DNA from: Pseudomonadales bacterium
GTDB taxonomy: Bacteria; Pseudomonadota; Gammaproteobacteria; Pseudomonadales; Azotimanducaceae
NCBI GenBank assembly: GCA_965208745.1
Contig: CBDBPN010000004.1
Coordinates: forward strand, 2,815,937-2,879,936
Direction of reading: 5' to 3'
Length of the DNA stretch: 64,000 nucleotides
Shown here piece after piece: positions 43,397 to 51,837 of this stretch; positions within the stretch are counted from its first letter, which is position 1, and the number at the start of each line of letters is the position of its first letter. The notes beneath the pieces were generated by a model, which was not told the origin of the DNA, did not search any database, and saw only the letters and a list, made by a program, of their open reading frames with translations. The translations under genes and the position numbers were made by a program.

Positions 43397-44674
43397 TCAC
43401 GTGGCCGGCTCGGGGTTCGGCCGGCCGCGGCCGCGCCGGCGCCGACGCCGACGCCCGGTGGGCCGCAGGGCGTTGGTCGTCGATCCGCGTTCTTCCGCCG
43501 GTGCCTCCTGTGCCTCCGTCCACCAGCGGGCGAGCTCGGGGTCCGCCTCGCCCGTCTCGGCCCGCAGCGCGAGAAAGTCATAGGCGGCGCGGAAGCGCGG
43601 ATGGCCGAGCGTACGCTTGAGACTTCGGGGCGGACGCCGTTCCAGGCTGCTCTGCAGCCGCCACACGTCCCGGATGAACAGGGACAGCCGGCGGGGAAAC
43701 GCGATGGTCAGTTGCTGCTCGCCGATGACGCTGTGCGCGGCCTTCAGCCGTTCGTCGGCCGCGTTGTTCGCGGTGGCGGACAACGCCGTCCGCCGCTGGA
43801 ACTCGGGCCAGCACATGGCGGCCAGGAGGAAACCGGGGGTGACGGGCTTCTCGTCGGCGATGCGCGCGTCGGTGCTCTGCAACGCGGCGCGTACGATGCG
43901 GTCGTCCTCTTCGGAAAGCGGGAACAGGATCTCGGGCAGCCCGAACTCCCACATCAGCGACCAGGCGGCGACGGCATGGCCGTTCATGAAGAGCTTGTTG
44001 AACTCGTCGAACAGCCGCGCCGGCGGTATCGCCGTCAGGAGCTCGGACATCGGCGCAATGGCGTGGCGCGTCTCCGGGTCGAGATCGAACCCGAGCTTCG
44101 CGGCGAATCGCATGGCCCGCAGGATGCGCACGGGGTCCTCCCGCAGGCGTTCCTCCGGTTCTCCAATGATGCGCAGCGTCCTCGTCTCGATGTCCTCGAG
44201 GCCGGTGGTGTAGTCGAGGACGGTGTCTTCGAGGGGATCGTAGTAGAGCGCGTTGACGGTGAAGTCCCGGCGAAAGGCGTCCTCGTCCAGGGTGCCGTAG
44301 ACGTTGTCGCTCAGCAGGACGCCGTCCGCCGAGAGATGATTGGCGTCGGCCTCGTCGTCGTCGTCCTCGTTGCGGCGCCGGAAGGTCGACACCTCGATGA
44401 ACTCCCGCCGGAAGCGGACGTGGGCGATGCGGAAGCGGCGACCGATCAGCCGGGCCCGGGGGAAGACCGTCTTGACCTCCTGCGGGGTGGCGTCGGTCGC
44501 GACGTCGAAGTCCTTGGGGGTGCCTCCGAGCAGGAGGTCCCGCACGCATCCACCCACCAGGTAGGCCTGGTAACCGGCGTTCCGCAGCGTCTCGACGACG
44601 GTGACGGCATTCGCCGAAACCGTCGCCTCACCGAGATCGGGATGTGCGACCCGGACGGGTTTGTCTTCCGTCAA
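43397..44674 (-). CDS. pcnB: Poly(A) polymerase I
   Basis: TTG start. YLVGGCVRDLLLG ... DFDVAT nucleotidyltransferase motif and an R-rich C-terminus. Confidence 0.9.
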   Translation of the reverse strand: MTEDKPVRVAHPDLGEATVSANAVTVVETLRNAGYQAYLVGGCVRDLLLGGTPKDFDVATDATPQEVKTVFPRARLIGRRFRIAHVRFRREFIEVSTFRRRNEDDDDEADANHLSADGVLLSDNVYGTLDEDAFRRDFTVNALYYDPLEDTVLDYTTGLEDIETRTLRIIGEPEERLREDPVRILRAMRFAAKLGFDLDPETRHAIAPMSELLTAIPPARLFDEFNKLFMNGHAVAAWSLMWEFGLPEILFPLSEEDDRIVRAALQSTDARIADEKPVTPGFLLAAMCWPEFQRRTALSATANNAADERLKAAHSVIGEQQLTIAFPRRLSLFIRDVWRLQSSLERRPPRSLKRTLGHPRFRAAYDFLALRAETGEADPELARWWTEAQEAPAEERGSTTNALRPTGRRRRRRRGRGRPNPEPAT

Positions 44675-44924
44675 CTGCTTCTTGGTCCGCGGTTCATGTT
44701 CGCAGTCGGATCGACCCTCAAGGCCCTTTGCGGCTTGGGTGGGTTTGGGTGCCTTCTGCTGGGTAGCACCCCCGCTCGCTGTGCCTGGCCGTGCCGCGGT
44801 CGAGACGGCGTCGTTCTCAAGGACGCGAGACGGGTAGCGATCTTAGGATGCCGGGGAGGAAAAGACAAAGCGGCAGGCGAGGGCGCCTCCGAAGTCGGCG
44901 GTGAGGACGGTCGGACGGCATCGC

Positions 44925-46316
44925 TCAACCAGGATCGTGGCGCGGGCCGCGCTTGCGCGTGCGGCGGCGGGGAATCCCGTGCCGCTTGCGCCGCTCCCAC
45001 AGGTTCTTCCGGCTGATGCCGAGCCTGGATGCGAGCTCCGTTTCCGTGTACTGGTCCTGGTACTCGGTGACGAAACGGACGAAGTACTCCTCGAGCGAGA
45101 CGGCATCTTCCCCGTCCACCGGCAGCGCGCCGGCGTCGGGCTCGCGCGGGGAGGCGTCTATGGCGAGGAGCGCGGCGTGGATCTCGCCGGCGTCGGCGAG
45201 GATGGCCGCACGCTCGACGGCGTTCTCCAGTTCGCGGACGTTGCCGGGCCATTGGTACGCTTCGATAGCGGCGACGGCGTCGCTGGAAAACCGGGGTTCG
45301 GCCTTGCTCATCCGCGCCGCCGCGCGCCGGGCGAGGACCCGCGCGAGGAAGACGATGTCGCCCCCCCGCTCGCGTAGCGGCGGGACGTTCAGGGTGACGC
45401 TGCCGAGGCGCTCGAGGAGATCCGGGCGAAACTGGCCGTGTTCGACGAGCATTTCCAGGTTCCGCTGCGTGGCCGCGATCACGCGTACGTCGGGCGGGGA
45501 GCCCTCAGCCGGGGAGCGCGAGGGGCCTGCCCCTCGCGAGAAAGAACCCGCCCCCCCGGGCGGCGATGATCCGTCTTGCCGTAGCACGTCCAGGAGACGC
45601 TCCTGCACGGTGGCCGGGAGTTCGCCGACTTCGTTCAGGAAGAGCGTCCCGCCGCCGGCGGCCGCGACCAGTCCCGCCGCCGGGGCAATCCCGGCGTCGA
45701 CCCGCCCGTGGCCGAACAGTTCCGACTCGACGAGCGCCTCCGGAATGGCGGCGCAGTTGAGCGTGATCATGGGGGCCTGGCGTCGAGGCCCGCGGGCGTG
45801 GAGCGCACGCGCCACGAGTTCCTTCCCCGTTCCGGATTCCCCTTTCACCAGTACCGGAACATCCATGCGCGCGGCGGCCCGGATGCGCTCGAAGAGGTCG
45901 AGCATCGCGGGACAGGACCCCAGGATGGGCCAGTCGCCACTCCCGTCCCCGAACGTCCCGGTATCGTCGGCGCGGGGCGTGGCGGCGCGTCTGACGGACG
46001 CCGCGAGGTCGTCGGCGGACGCCGGCCAGGCGAGGTAGTCCGCCGCGCCTTCGCGCACCGCGGACACGGCCGCGACGATGTTCGCGTCCTCGGAGAAGAG
46101 GATCACCGGCGTCGGGCGCGCTAGTGGCACCAGGGCGATGCCGCCCCCCGCGGGCAACCGCGCGTGGGCCACGATCACGGCGATCCCAACGGCGTCGAGG
46201 CCCTGCGCAAGGTTCCGACCGTCGGCCTCGACGACACCGAAGCCGTGGCGCTCAAGATCGCTGCGCAGCCCGGCTCGGCGCTGTGCGTCGGGATCGACAA
46301 CCAGGATGTTCGTCAT
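44925..46316 (-). CDS. NtrC/CbrB-family AAA+ regulator with degenerate receiver and degenerate GAFTGA loop (orphan)
   Basis: Walker A LVKGESGTGKELVARALH, Walker B GGTLFLNEVG, WPGNVRELEN, and a C-terminal Fis-type HTH (ETELASRLGISRKNLWERRKRHG). The receiver has H at the phospho-Asp position (IVAHARLP) and W at the conserved Lys (DYLAWP). ELFGHGRVDAGIA replaces ELFGHEKGAFTGA. Confidence 0.8.
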   Translation of the reverse strand: MTNILVVDPDAQRRAGLRSDLERHGFGVVEADGRNLAQGLDAVGIAVIVAHARLPAGGGIALVPLARPTPVILFSEDANIVAAVSAVREGAADYLAWPASADDLAASVRRAATPRADDTGTFGDGSGDWPILGSCPAMLDLFERIRAAARMDVPVLVKGESGTGKELVARALHARGPRRQAPMITLNCAAIPEALVESELFGHGRVDAGIAPAAGLVAAAGGGTLFLNEVGELPATVQERLLDVLRQDGSSPPGGAGSFSRGAGPSRSPAEGSPPDVRVIAATQRNLEMLVEHGQFRPDLLERLGSVTLNVPPLRERGGDIVFLARVLARRAAARMSKAEPRFSSDAVAAIEAYQWPGNVRELENAVERAAILADAGEIHAALLAIDASPREPDAGALPVDGEDAVSLEEYFVRFVTEYQDQYTETELASRLGISRKNLWERRKRHGIPRRRTRKRGPRHDPG

Positions 46317-46385
46317 GGTCGGCGCGATGTTAGCAGCGCCCCGGAGCGTGGGACATGCGGCCGCGCCGCCCCCGGGCCGGCCCCC

Positions 46386-47279
46386 CTAAAGACTTGTCCA
46401 CGTGGCCAGCGTGGTGCCCCGCGGAAGGCGTTCGGCGTTCCAGCGCGGCACGGCCCAGGCGAGCAGTTCTTCCGGCGTGGCGCGCTCGGGCGGCTCGAGT
46501 CCGAGCAGCTCGAGACTCCATTGCAGGTTTTGTTCCGGATGCGCGGACTCGATCGTCGATGCGGCGGTGCGTTTCGAGAGCTTCGCTCCGCTGCGGTCCG
46601 CGATGACGGGCAGGTGCAGGTAACGCGGGGTCTCGAAACCGAGCCGCTCCGCGAGGAAGAGTTGTCGCGGCGTGCTGTCGAGGAGGTCGGCGCCGCGGAC
46701 GACGTCCGTCACGCGCATAGCGGCGTCGTCCGCCACGACCGCGAGCTGATATGCCGTCAGCCCGTCTCGGCGGGCTATGACGAAGTCGCCGGTCGCCCGG
46801 GCGAGACACTCCGCGCATCGCCCCTGCAGCCGATCCTCGAAGACGTACTCGGCGTCGGGCACGCGGATGCGTACCGCGGCCTCCCGCCCCGGCGGGACGT
46901 CGCGCGTTCGGCACGTCCCGGGATAGACGCGGTGCCCGCGGAGGTCCTTGCGCGAGCAGGTGCAGCGGAAGCTCAGGCCCTGCCTCGACAGCTCCGCGAG
47001 GGCCGCGCGGTAGTCCGCGACGTGGTCGCTCTGGAAGGCCACGGGTCCGTCCCAGTGGAGCGCGTGTTCGGCCAGTGTCCGCAGGATGCTGTCGTTCGCT
47101 CCCGGGACCTTTCGCGGAGTGTCGAGGTCGTCGATGCGCAGCCGCCACGTTCCCGTGTGGGCACGAGCGTCCAGGAAGCTCGCTACGGCGGTGAGGAGGG
47201 AGCCGAAGTGCAGGGGCCCCGAAGGCGTGGGCGCGAAGCGGCCGACGTAAGGCCGGGAGCGGTCGTCGGCAGGCGTCAC
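46386..47279 (-). CDS. gluQ: Glutamyl-Q tRNA(Asp) synthetase
   Basis: GRFAPTPSGPLHFGSLLTAVASFLDAR and KLSKR motifs. Adjacent to dksA, as in many gammaproteobacteria. Confidence 0.9.
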   Translation of the reverse strand: MTPADDRSRPYVGRFAPTPSGPLHFGSLLTAVASFLDARAHTGTWRLRIDDLDTPRKVPGANDSILRTLAEHALHWDGPVAFQSDHVADYRAALAELSRQGLSFRCTCSRKDLRGHRVYPGTCRTRDVPPGREAAVRIRVPDAEYVFEDRLQGRCAECLARATGDFVIARRDGLTAYQLAVVADDAAMRVTDVVRGADLLDSTPRQLFLAERLGFETPRYLHLPVIADRSGAKLSKRTAASTIESAHPEQNLQWSLELLGLEPPERATPEELLAWAVPRWNAERLPRGTTLATWTSL

Positions 47280-47318
47280 CGCGCGAGCCCTGTTGGGCGC
47301 AAGGCGGCGGACCGGGGG

Positions 47319-47828
47319 TCAAGCGTGGAGCTGCTTCTCGCGCAGTTCCGCCAGCGCCTTGCAGTCCACGCATTGCGACGCCGTCGGCCTCGCCTCGAGG
47401 CGCCGCAGACCGATCTCCACGCCGCACGTGTCACAGTAGCCGTAGTCTTCCTGGTCGATGCGCTCGAGCGTGTCCGCGATCTTCTTGATGAGCTTCCGCT
47501 CCCGGTCGCGGGTCTTGAGCTCGATGCTGAACTCCTCCTCCTGCGTCGCCCGGTCCGCGGGATCGGGGAAGTTGGCCGCCTCGTCCTGCATGTGGTTGAC
47601 CGTTCGGTCGACCTCTTCCATGAGCTGGTGGCGCCATTTCAGCAGGATGTCGCGGAAGTGCTCGAGCTGCGCCGGCCCCATGTAGGGCTCGTCGTCGACC
47701 GGTTCGTAGGGTTTGAAGCTACGGAAGGGAGAGTCCCCGTCGGACACGGCTCCGACCGAGGTGCGAGCCCGGGACGCGTTGCCCGGTTCGCTCGACGAAG
47801 ACCTGGTGGGGGTGTCGTCTGCCGCCAT
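47319..47828 (-). CDS. dksA: RNA polymerase-binding transcription factor DksA
   Basis: ATG at 47826-47828. DPADRATQEEEFSIELKTRDRERKLIKKI coiled coil with DxxDxA tip, and a C4 zinc finger CDTCGVEI ... CVDC. Confidence 0.9.
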   Translation of the reverse strand: MAADDTPTRSSSSEPGNASRARTSVGAVSDGDSPFRSFKPYEPVDDEPYMGPAQLEHFRDILLKWRHQLMEEVDRTVNHMQDEAANFPDPADRATQEEEFSIELKTRDRERKLIKKIADTLERIDQEDYGYCDTCGVEIGLRRLEARPTASQCVDCKALAELREKQLHA

Positions 47829-48052
47829 GTTGCCTCGGGTCTGCAAGCTGTGCGCAAGCTGCGCCTTCGCGAGGGCGCGTAACCTACCAAAAGCGGATTC
47901 GATTGACCATGCCGACCCGAGGCCGCCCGTGGGAGTTTCCCGAGCCGCGGAAAAGGGGCGTTCCGGCGTCGACAAGCACGTCTGTTGTGGCGCGCCCGAG
48001 GGACGCTAGAATCCGCTGCGGGAACCTGAAAACGAACTCGGAGATCCTGGCG

Positions 48053-48538
48053 ATGCCGTGGTGGGCGTGGGTGGTCATCGGCTGTGTCTTCGCGGGCATT
48101 GAGCTCGCGGGAGCCGACCTCGCCTTCTACTTCATCTTTCTCGGAGTCGCGGCCCTCGTGGTGGGACTCGTGCAACTCGGCGGCGGCGAACTGGCATTGT
48201 GGGAACAGTGGCTACTGTTCGCGGGCCTGGCGATGGCGTCCATGGTGCTGTTCCGGAAGCGTCTCTACGTCCGGTTGCGCGCGCGGATGCCGGGCTTCGA
48301 CAACACTCCGGCGGGTGAGGTGGTACGGGTAGGCCGGGCGCTGGCGGTTGGGGAACGGACGCGCGTCGAACTGCGCGGCTCGCGGTGGACAGCGACCAAC
48401 GTCGGCGCGGGGCCCATCGCCGCCGGTTCGCCGGCGCGCGTCGTCGGAACGCGCGGAGCGGGCCTGACCATCGAGGCGGTGGGGCCGAACGAAGTCGGGG
48501 GTGAGACCTCGCCCGGCGGGGAACGCACCGAAGACTGA
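48053..48538 (+). CDS. NfeD-family membrane protein
   Basis: N-terminal TM helices and a C-terminal OB-like region (GERTRVELRGSRWTATN). Lies upstream of an SPFH gene, the classic pairing. Confidence 0.8.
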   Translation: MPWWAWVVIGCVFAGIELAGADLAFYFIFLGVAALVVGLVQLGGGELALWEQWLLFAGLAMASMVLFRKRLYVRLRARMPGFDNTPAGEVVRVGRALAVGERTRVELRGSRWTATNVGAGPIAAGSPARVVGTRGAGLTIEAVGPNEVGGETSPGGERTED

Positions 48539-48560
48539 GCGGGCGACACGGAGGCGACGC

Positions 48561-49502
48561 ATGGAAACCCTGATTGCCGCGGGTGTGATCGGTATCCTCG
48601 CGATCATCGTCATCGTGAAGACCGCGGTCGTGGTGCCCCAGCAGAGCGCGTACGTCGTCGAGACGCTGGGGCGTTACTCGCGCACGCTGGCCGCGGGATT
48701 CCATCTGCTCATCCCCTTCATGGACCGCGTCGCCTACAAGCACACGCTCAAGGAGCAGGCGATCGACGTCCCCGAGCAGTTGTGCATCACGTCCGACAAC
48801 GTCCAGGTGGGGGTCGACGGCGTCCTCTATCTGCAGGTCATCGACGCGCACTCTGCATCCTACGGTATCGCGGACTACCTCTTCGCCATCGCCCAACTCG
48901 CCCAGACCACGTTGCGGAGCGAACTGGGGAAGCTGGAACTGGACAAGACGTTCGAGGAACGCAGCCACATCAATCTGCGCGTCGTGGAGGAGCTGGACCG
49001 GGCCTCGGACCCGTGGGGCGTCAAGGTACTGCGGTACGAGATACAGAACATCAATCCGCCCGCGGACGTCGTTTCCGCGATGGAGAAGCAGATGCGCGCG
49101 GAGCGGGAGAAGCGGGCGACCGTCCTCCAGTCGGAGGGCGAACGCGACGCCAGGATCAACGAGGCGGAAGGCGAGAAGCAGCAGGTCATCAAGCAGTCGG
49201 AAGCGGCGAAGGAACAGCAGATCAACGAGGCCGAGGGCGAGGCGGCGGCGATCCTCGCGGTGGCGGAAGCGACCGCTGAGGGTCTGAAGAAAGTGGCCGA
49301 CGCGCTGAACGCCGAGGGCGGCGACAAGGCCATGCAACTGCGCGTCGCCGAGAACTACCTGGAGCGTTTCGGCAACCTCGCCAAGGAAGGCAACACGCTG
49401 ATCGTCCCGGCCAACCTGAGCGACATGACGTCCATGATCGGCGCCGCCACCCGGGTGCTGCAGGCCACTCGACCCGTTGGCGCGCAACCGAGCGGCGAGT
49501 AG
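48561..49502 (+). CDS. SPFH/band-7 (stomatin/QmcA-like) protein
   Basis: N-terminal TM helix, VVPQQSAYVVETLGRYSRTL, and a charged coiled-coil C-terminus. Confidence 0.9.
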   Translation: METLIAAGVIGILAIIVIVKTAVVVPQQSAYVVETLGRYSRTLAAGFHLLIPFMDRVAYKHTLKEQAIDVPEQLCITSDNVQVGVDGVLYLQVIDAHSASYGIADYLFAIAQLAQTTLRSELGKLELDKTFEERSHINLRVVEELDRASDPWGVKVLRYEIQNINPPADVVSAMEKQMRAEREKRATVLQSEGERDARINEAEGEKQQVIKQSEAAKEQQINEAEGEAAAILAVAEATAEGLKKVADALNAEGGDKAMQLRVAENYLERFGNLAKEGNTLIVPANLSDMTSMIGAATRVLQATRPVGAQPSGE

Positions 49503-49655
49503 CCCCTTCGCAGCGCGCGCGACGTCGGCCGTTGCCGGTTTCAGGCCGGTCGGGAGTGGCGGATGGCGGGCTTCCCGACCGGTGGGCGCGGTGGCGTCAG
49601 GCCGGACACCCTGCTACGTTAGCGGTTTGTTTCGCACTCACGCTTGGGAGGATTC

Positions 49656-51311
49656 ATGGCCACGGTTGATGGCGCGACCCTGATGGCGCGCAGCCTGAAA
49701 GCGCAGGGCGTCGATTTCATGTTCGGCATCGTGGGCTTTCCCGTGCAGGGCGTTGCGGCCGCGGCGCAGAAGGAAGGCATCACGTTCATCGGCATGCGCA
49801 ACGAGCAGTCGGCAAGCTACGCCGCGCAGGCGGCGAGCTACCTGACCGGGCGCACCCAGGCGTGCCTCGTGGTCTCGGGTCCGGGCGTCATCCACGCGTT
49901 CGCCGGGCTCGCCAACGCGCGTGAGAACTGCTGGCCGATGATCCTGATCGGCGGGGCCTCCCCGACCTACCAGAACGGCATGGGGGCATTCCAGGAAGAG
50001 CGGCAGACGGAACTCGCGGCGCCTTACTGCAAGTACGCCCACGGGATCGACCGGGTGGAGCGCATCCCGTACTACGTCGAGCAGGCGATTCGCACGGCGC
50101 AGAACGGGCGCCCCGGACCCGTGTACCTCGACTTCCCGGACGACATCATCCGCGCCGAGGCGGAGGACGAGAAGGTGGCGCCGGCGGCGCCGCCTGCTCC
50201 GCTGGCTCGGCCACAGGCGGATCCGGAGAGTGTCGAACGCGCCCTCGACGCGCTCGAGTCGGCGGAGCGTCCGCTCGTCATCCTGGGCAAGGGCATGGCC
50301 TGGTCGCGTGCGGAGGACGAGGTGCGCGAGTTCATCGAGCGAACGCAGCTCCCGTTCCTGGCGTCGCCGATGGGCAAGGGCGTCATGCCGGACACGGACC
50401 CGCTCTCGGTCGGGGCCGCGCGCAGCACGGCACTGCGCGAGGCCGACGTCGTGTTCCTGATGGGCGCGCGGCTCAACTGGATCATGCATTTCGGTCTTCC
50501 GCCCCGCTTCAAGCCTGGTGTGCGCATCATCCAGCTCGACATCGAGCAGGAGGAGATCGGCCGCAACGTGCCCGCGGAAGTCGCGCTGGTGGGGGACGGG
50601 AAGGCCGTGGTCGGCCAGCTCAACACCTCGCTGTCGAACCGCCAGTGGTTCTACCCCGCGGAGACTGAGTGGCGCGGCGTGCTCAAGGAGAAGGCCGACG
50701 CGAACGCGGAGTCGATTCGCCCGATGATCGAGGACGAGTCGTCGCCGATCAATTACTACCGCGCCTACCGCGACATCGTCGACTGGCTGCCGGAGGACGC
50801 CATCATCATTGGCGAGGGTGCGAACACCATGGACATCGGCAGGACCCAGATGCCGAACCACGCACCCCGGCACCGGCTCGACGCCGGCACCTACGGCACC
50901 ATGGGCATCGGTCTCGGCTTCGCGGTCGCGGCGGCCGTGGCGAACCCGGACAAGCCGATCGTCTCTGTGCAGGGCGACAGCGCGTTCGGATTCTCGGGCA
51001 TGGAGATCGAGACGATGGTCCGCTACAAGCTGCCCGTGAAGCTGATCGTGCTCAACAACGGCGGCATCGGCGGCGGTATCGGTCCGCTGGAGGAGGGGCA
51101 GACGCCGCCGCCGTTCTACCTCACCTACGGGGCGCACTACGAGGGCATGATGGAGGCCCTCGGCGGCAAGGGCCTGTACGTCGAGGACACGGCGGATCTG
51201 CGCGGCGCGCTCGACGAGGCGATGGCGTTCGACGGGCCGGCCCTGATCAACGTACCCCTCGATCCGAGGGCTGGCCGCAAGCCCCAGCAGTTCGGCTGGT
51301 TGACGACCTGA
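49656..51311 (+). CDS. Thiamine-diphosphate enzyme of the oxalyl-CoA decarboxylase / 2-hydroxyacyl-CoA lyase family
   Basis: GGAGG lies before the ATG at 49656. GVDFMFGIVGFPV ... MRNEQSASYAAQAASYLTG ... GDSAFGFSGMEIET ... LNNGG TPP motif. Confidence 0.8.
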   Translation: MATVDGATLMARSLKAQGVDFMFGIVGFPVQGVAAAAQKEGITFIGMRNEQSASYAAQAASYLTGRTQACLVVSGPGVIHAFAGLANARENCWPMILIGGASPTYQNGMGAFQEERQTELAAPYCKYAHGIDRVERIPYYVEQAIRTAQNGRPGPVYLDFPDDIIRAEAEDEKVAPAAPPAPLARPQADPESVERALDALESAERPLVILGKGMAWSRAEDEVREFIERTQLPFLASPMGKGVMPDTDPLSVGAARSTALREADVVFLMGARLNWIMHFGLPPRFKPGVRIIQLDIEQEEIGRNVPAEVALVGDGKAVVGQLNTSLSNRQWFYPAETEWRGVLKEKADANAESIRPMIEDESSPINYYRAYRDIVDWLPEDAIIIGEGANTMDIGRTQMPNHAPRHRLDAGTYGTMGIGLGFAVAAAVANPDKPIVSVQGDSAFGFSGMEIETMVRYKLPVKLIVLNNGGIGGGIGPLEEGQTPPPFYLTYGAHYEGMMEALGGKGLYVEDTADLRGALDEAMAFDGPALINVPLDPRAGRKPQQFGWLTT

Positions 51312-51442
51312 CCGGAGGGTCGGGAGCCCCCGGCGTCCCCGTCGGCTGCCGCCGAAAAGAGCGGCGGAAGCGGTTGACATCGCGTGATGTCCCGGCTCCC
51401 ATAGGCGGGGTCGGACGCTTGGTCCGGCATCTCGGAGGGGTC

Positions 51443-51835
51443 ATGACCCTGGAAGAGAAAGCCATAGAGTTGCTGCTGCGCTCGCCGCGGCTGGAAGCCG
51501 GCACGATCCTCGATCTGCTCGACGTCGGCGACCGCGAGTTCCGCGAGATGGCCCGCCGGAACCGGACCATCGCGAAGCTGCTCGAGGCGCGGCGGGCCGG
51601 CGAACTCAAGCCTCCGAAATCGGAGCCCGTACAGTGTCCGGTCTGCTCGGAGTGGTTCGTCCCGTACGGGTCGTCGCGTTTCTGCTCGGACACCTGCAGG
51701 ACGGCGGGACGTATTCGTGGCGAGGGCCGGAGCCGTCATCGGCGGCGTGCGTGCGCTCCGGAGGACATGAACGAAACCCTCGGCGGGATCGACACGGAGC
51801 ACCGGCGGACGCTGTCGAGGAGGCACAAGGAGTAA
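51443..51835 (+). CDS. Small hypothetical protein (130 aa) with a CxxC...CxxxC zinc-ribbon-like motif
   Basis: The ATG at 51443 lies inside a longer track ORF. CPVCSEWFVPYGSSRFCSDTC, with a basic C-terminus. Its stop is 2 nt before the DUF3604 start. Confidence 0.4.
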   Translation: MTLEEKAIELLLRSPRLEAGTILDLLDVGDREFREMARRNRTIAKLLEARRAGELKPPKSEPVQCPVCSEWFVPYGSSRFCSDTCRTAGRIRGEGRSRHRRRACAPEDMNETLGGIDTEHRRTLSRRHKE

Positions 51836-51837
51836 TC

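Noticed and set aside
44675-44924. Possible CrcZ-like sRNA and sigma54 promoter in the 250-bp gap between the CbrB-like regulator and pcnB, which is where crcZ lies in Pseudomonas.
   Set aside because: There are no A-rich AANAANAA (CA-motif) repeats. The best GG-N-GC match (minus strand, about 44779-44797, GGCACGGCCAGGCA) has the wrong spacing, and there is no clear terminator. Only a hairpin (GGGTGC...GCACCC, 44747-44771) is visible. The evidence is insufficient.
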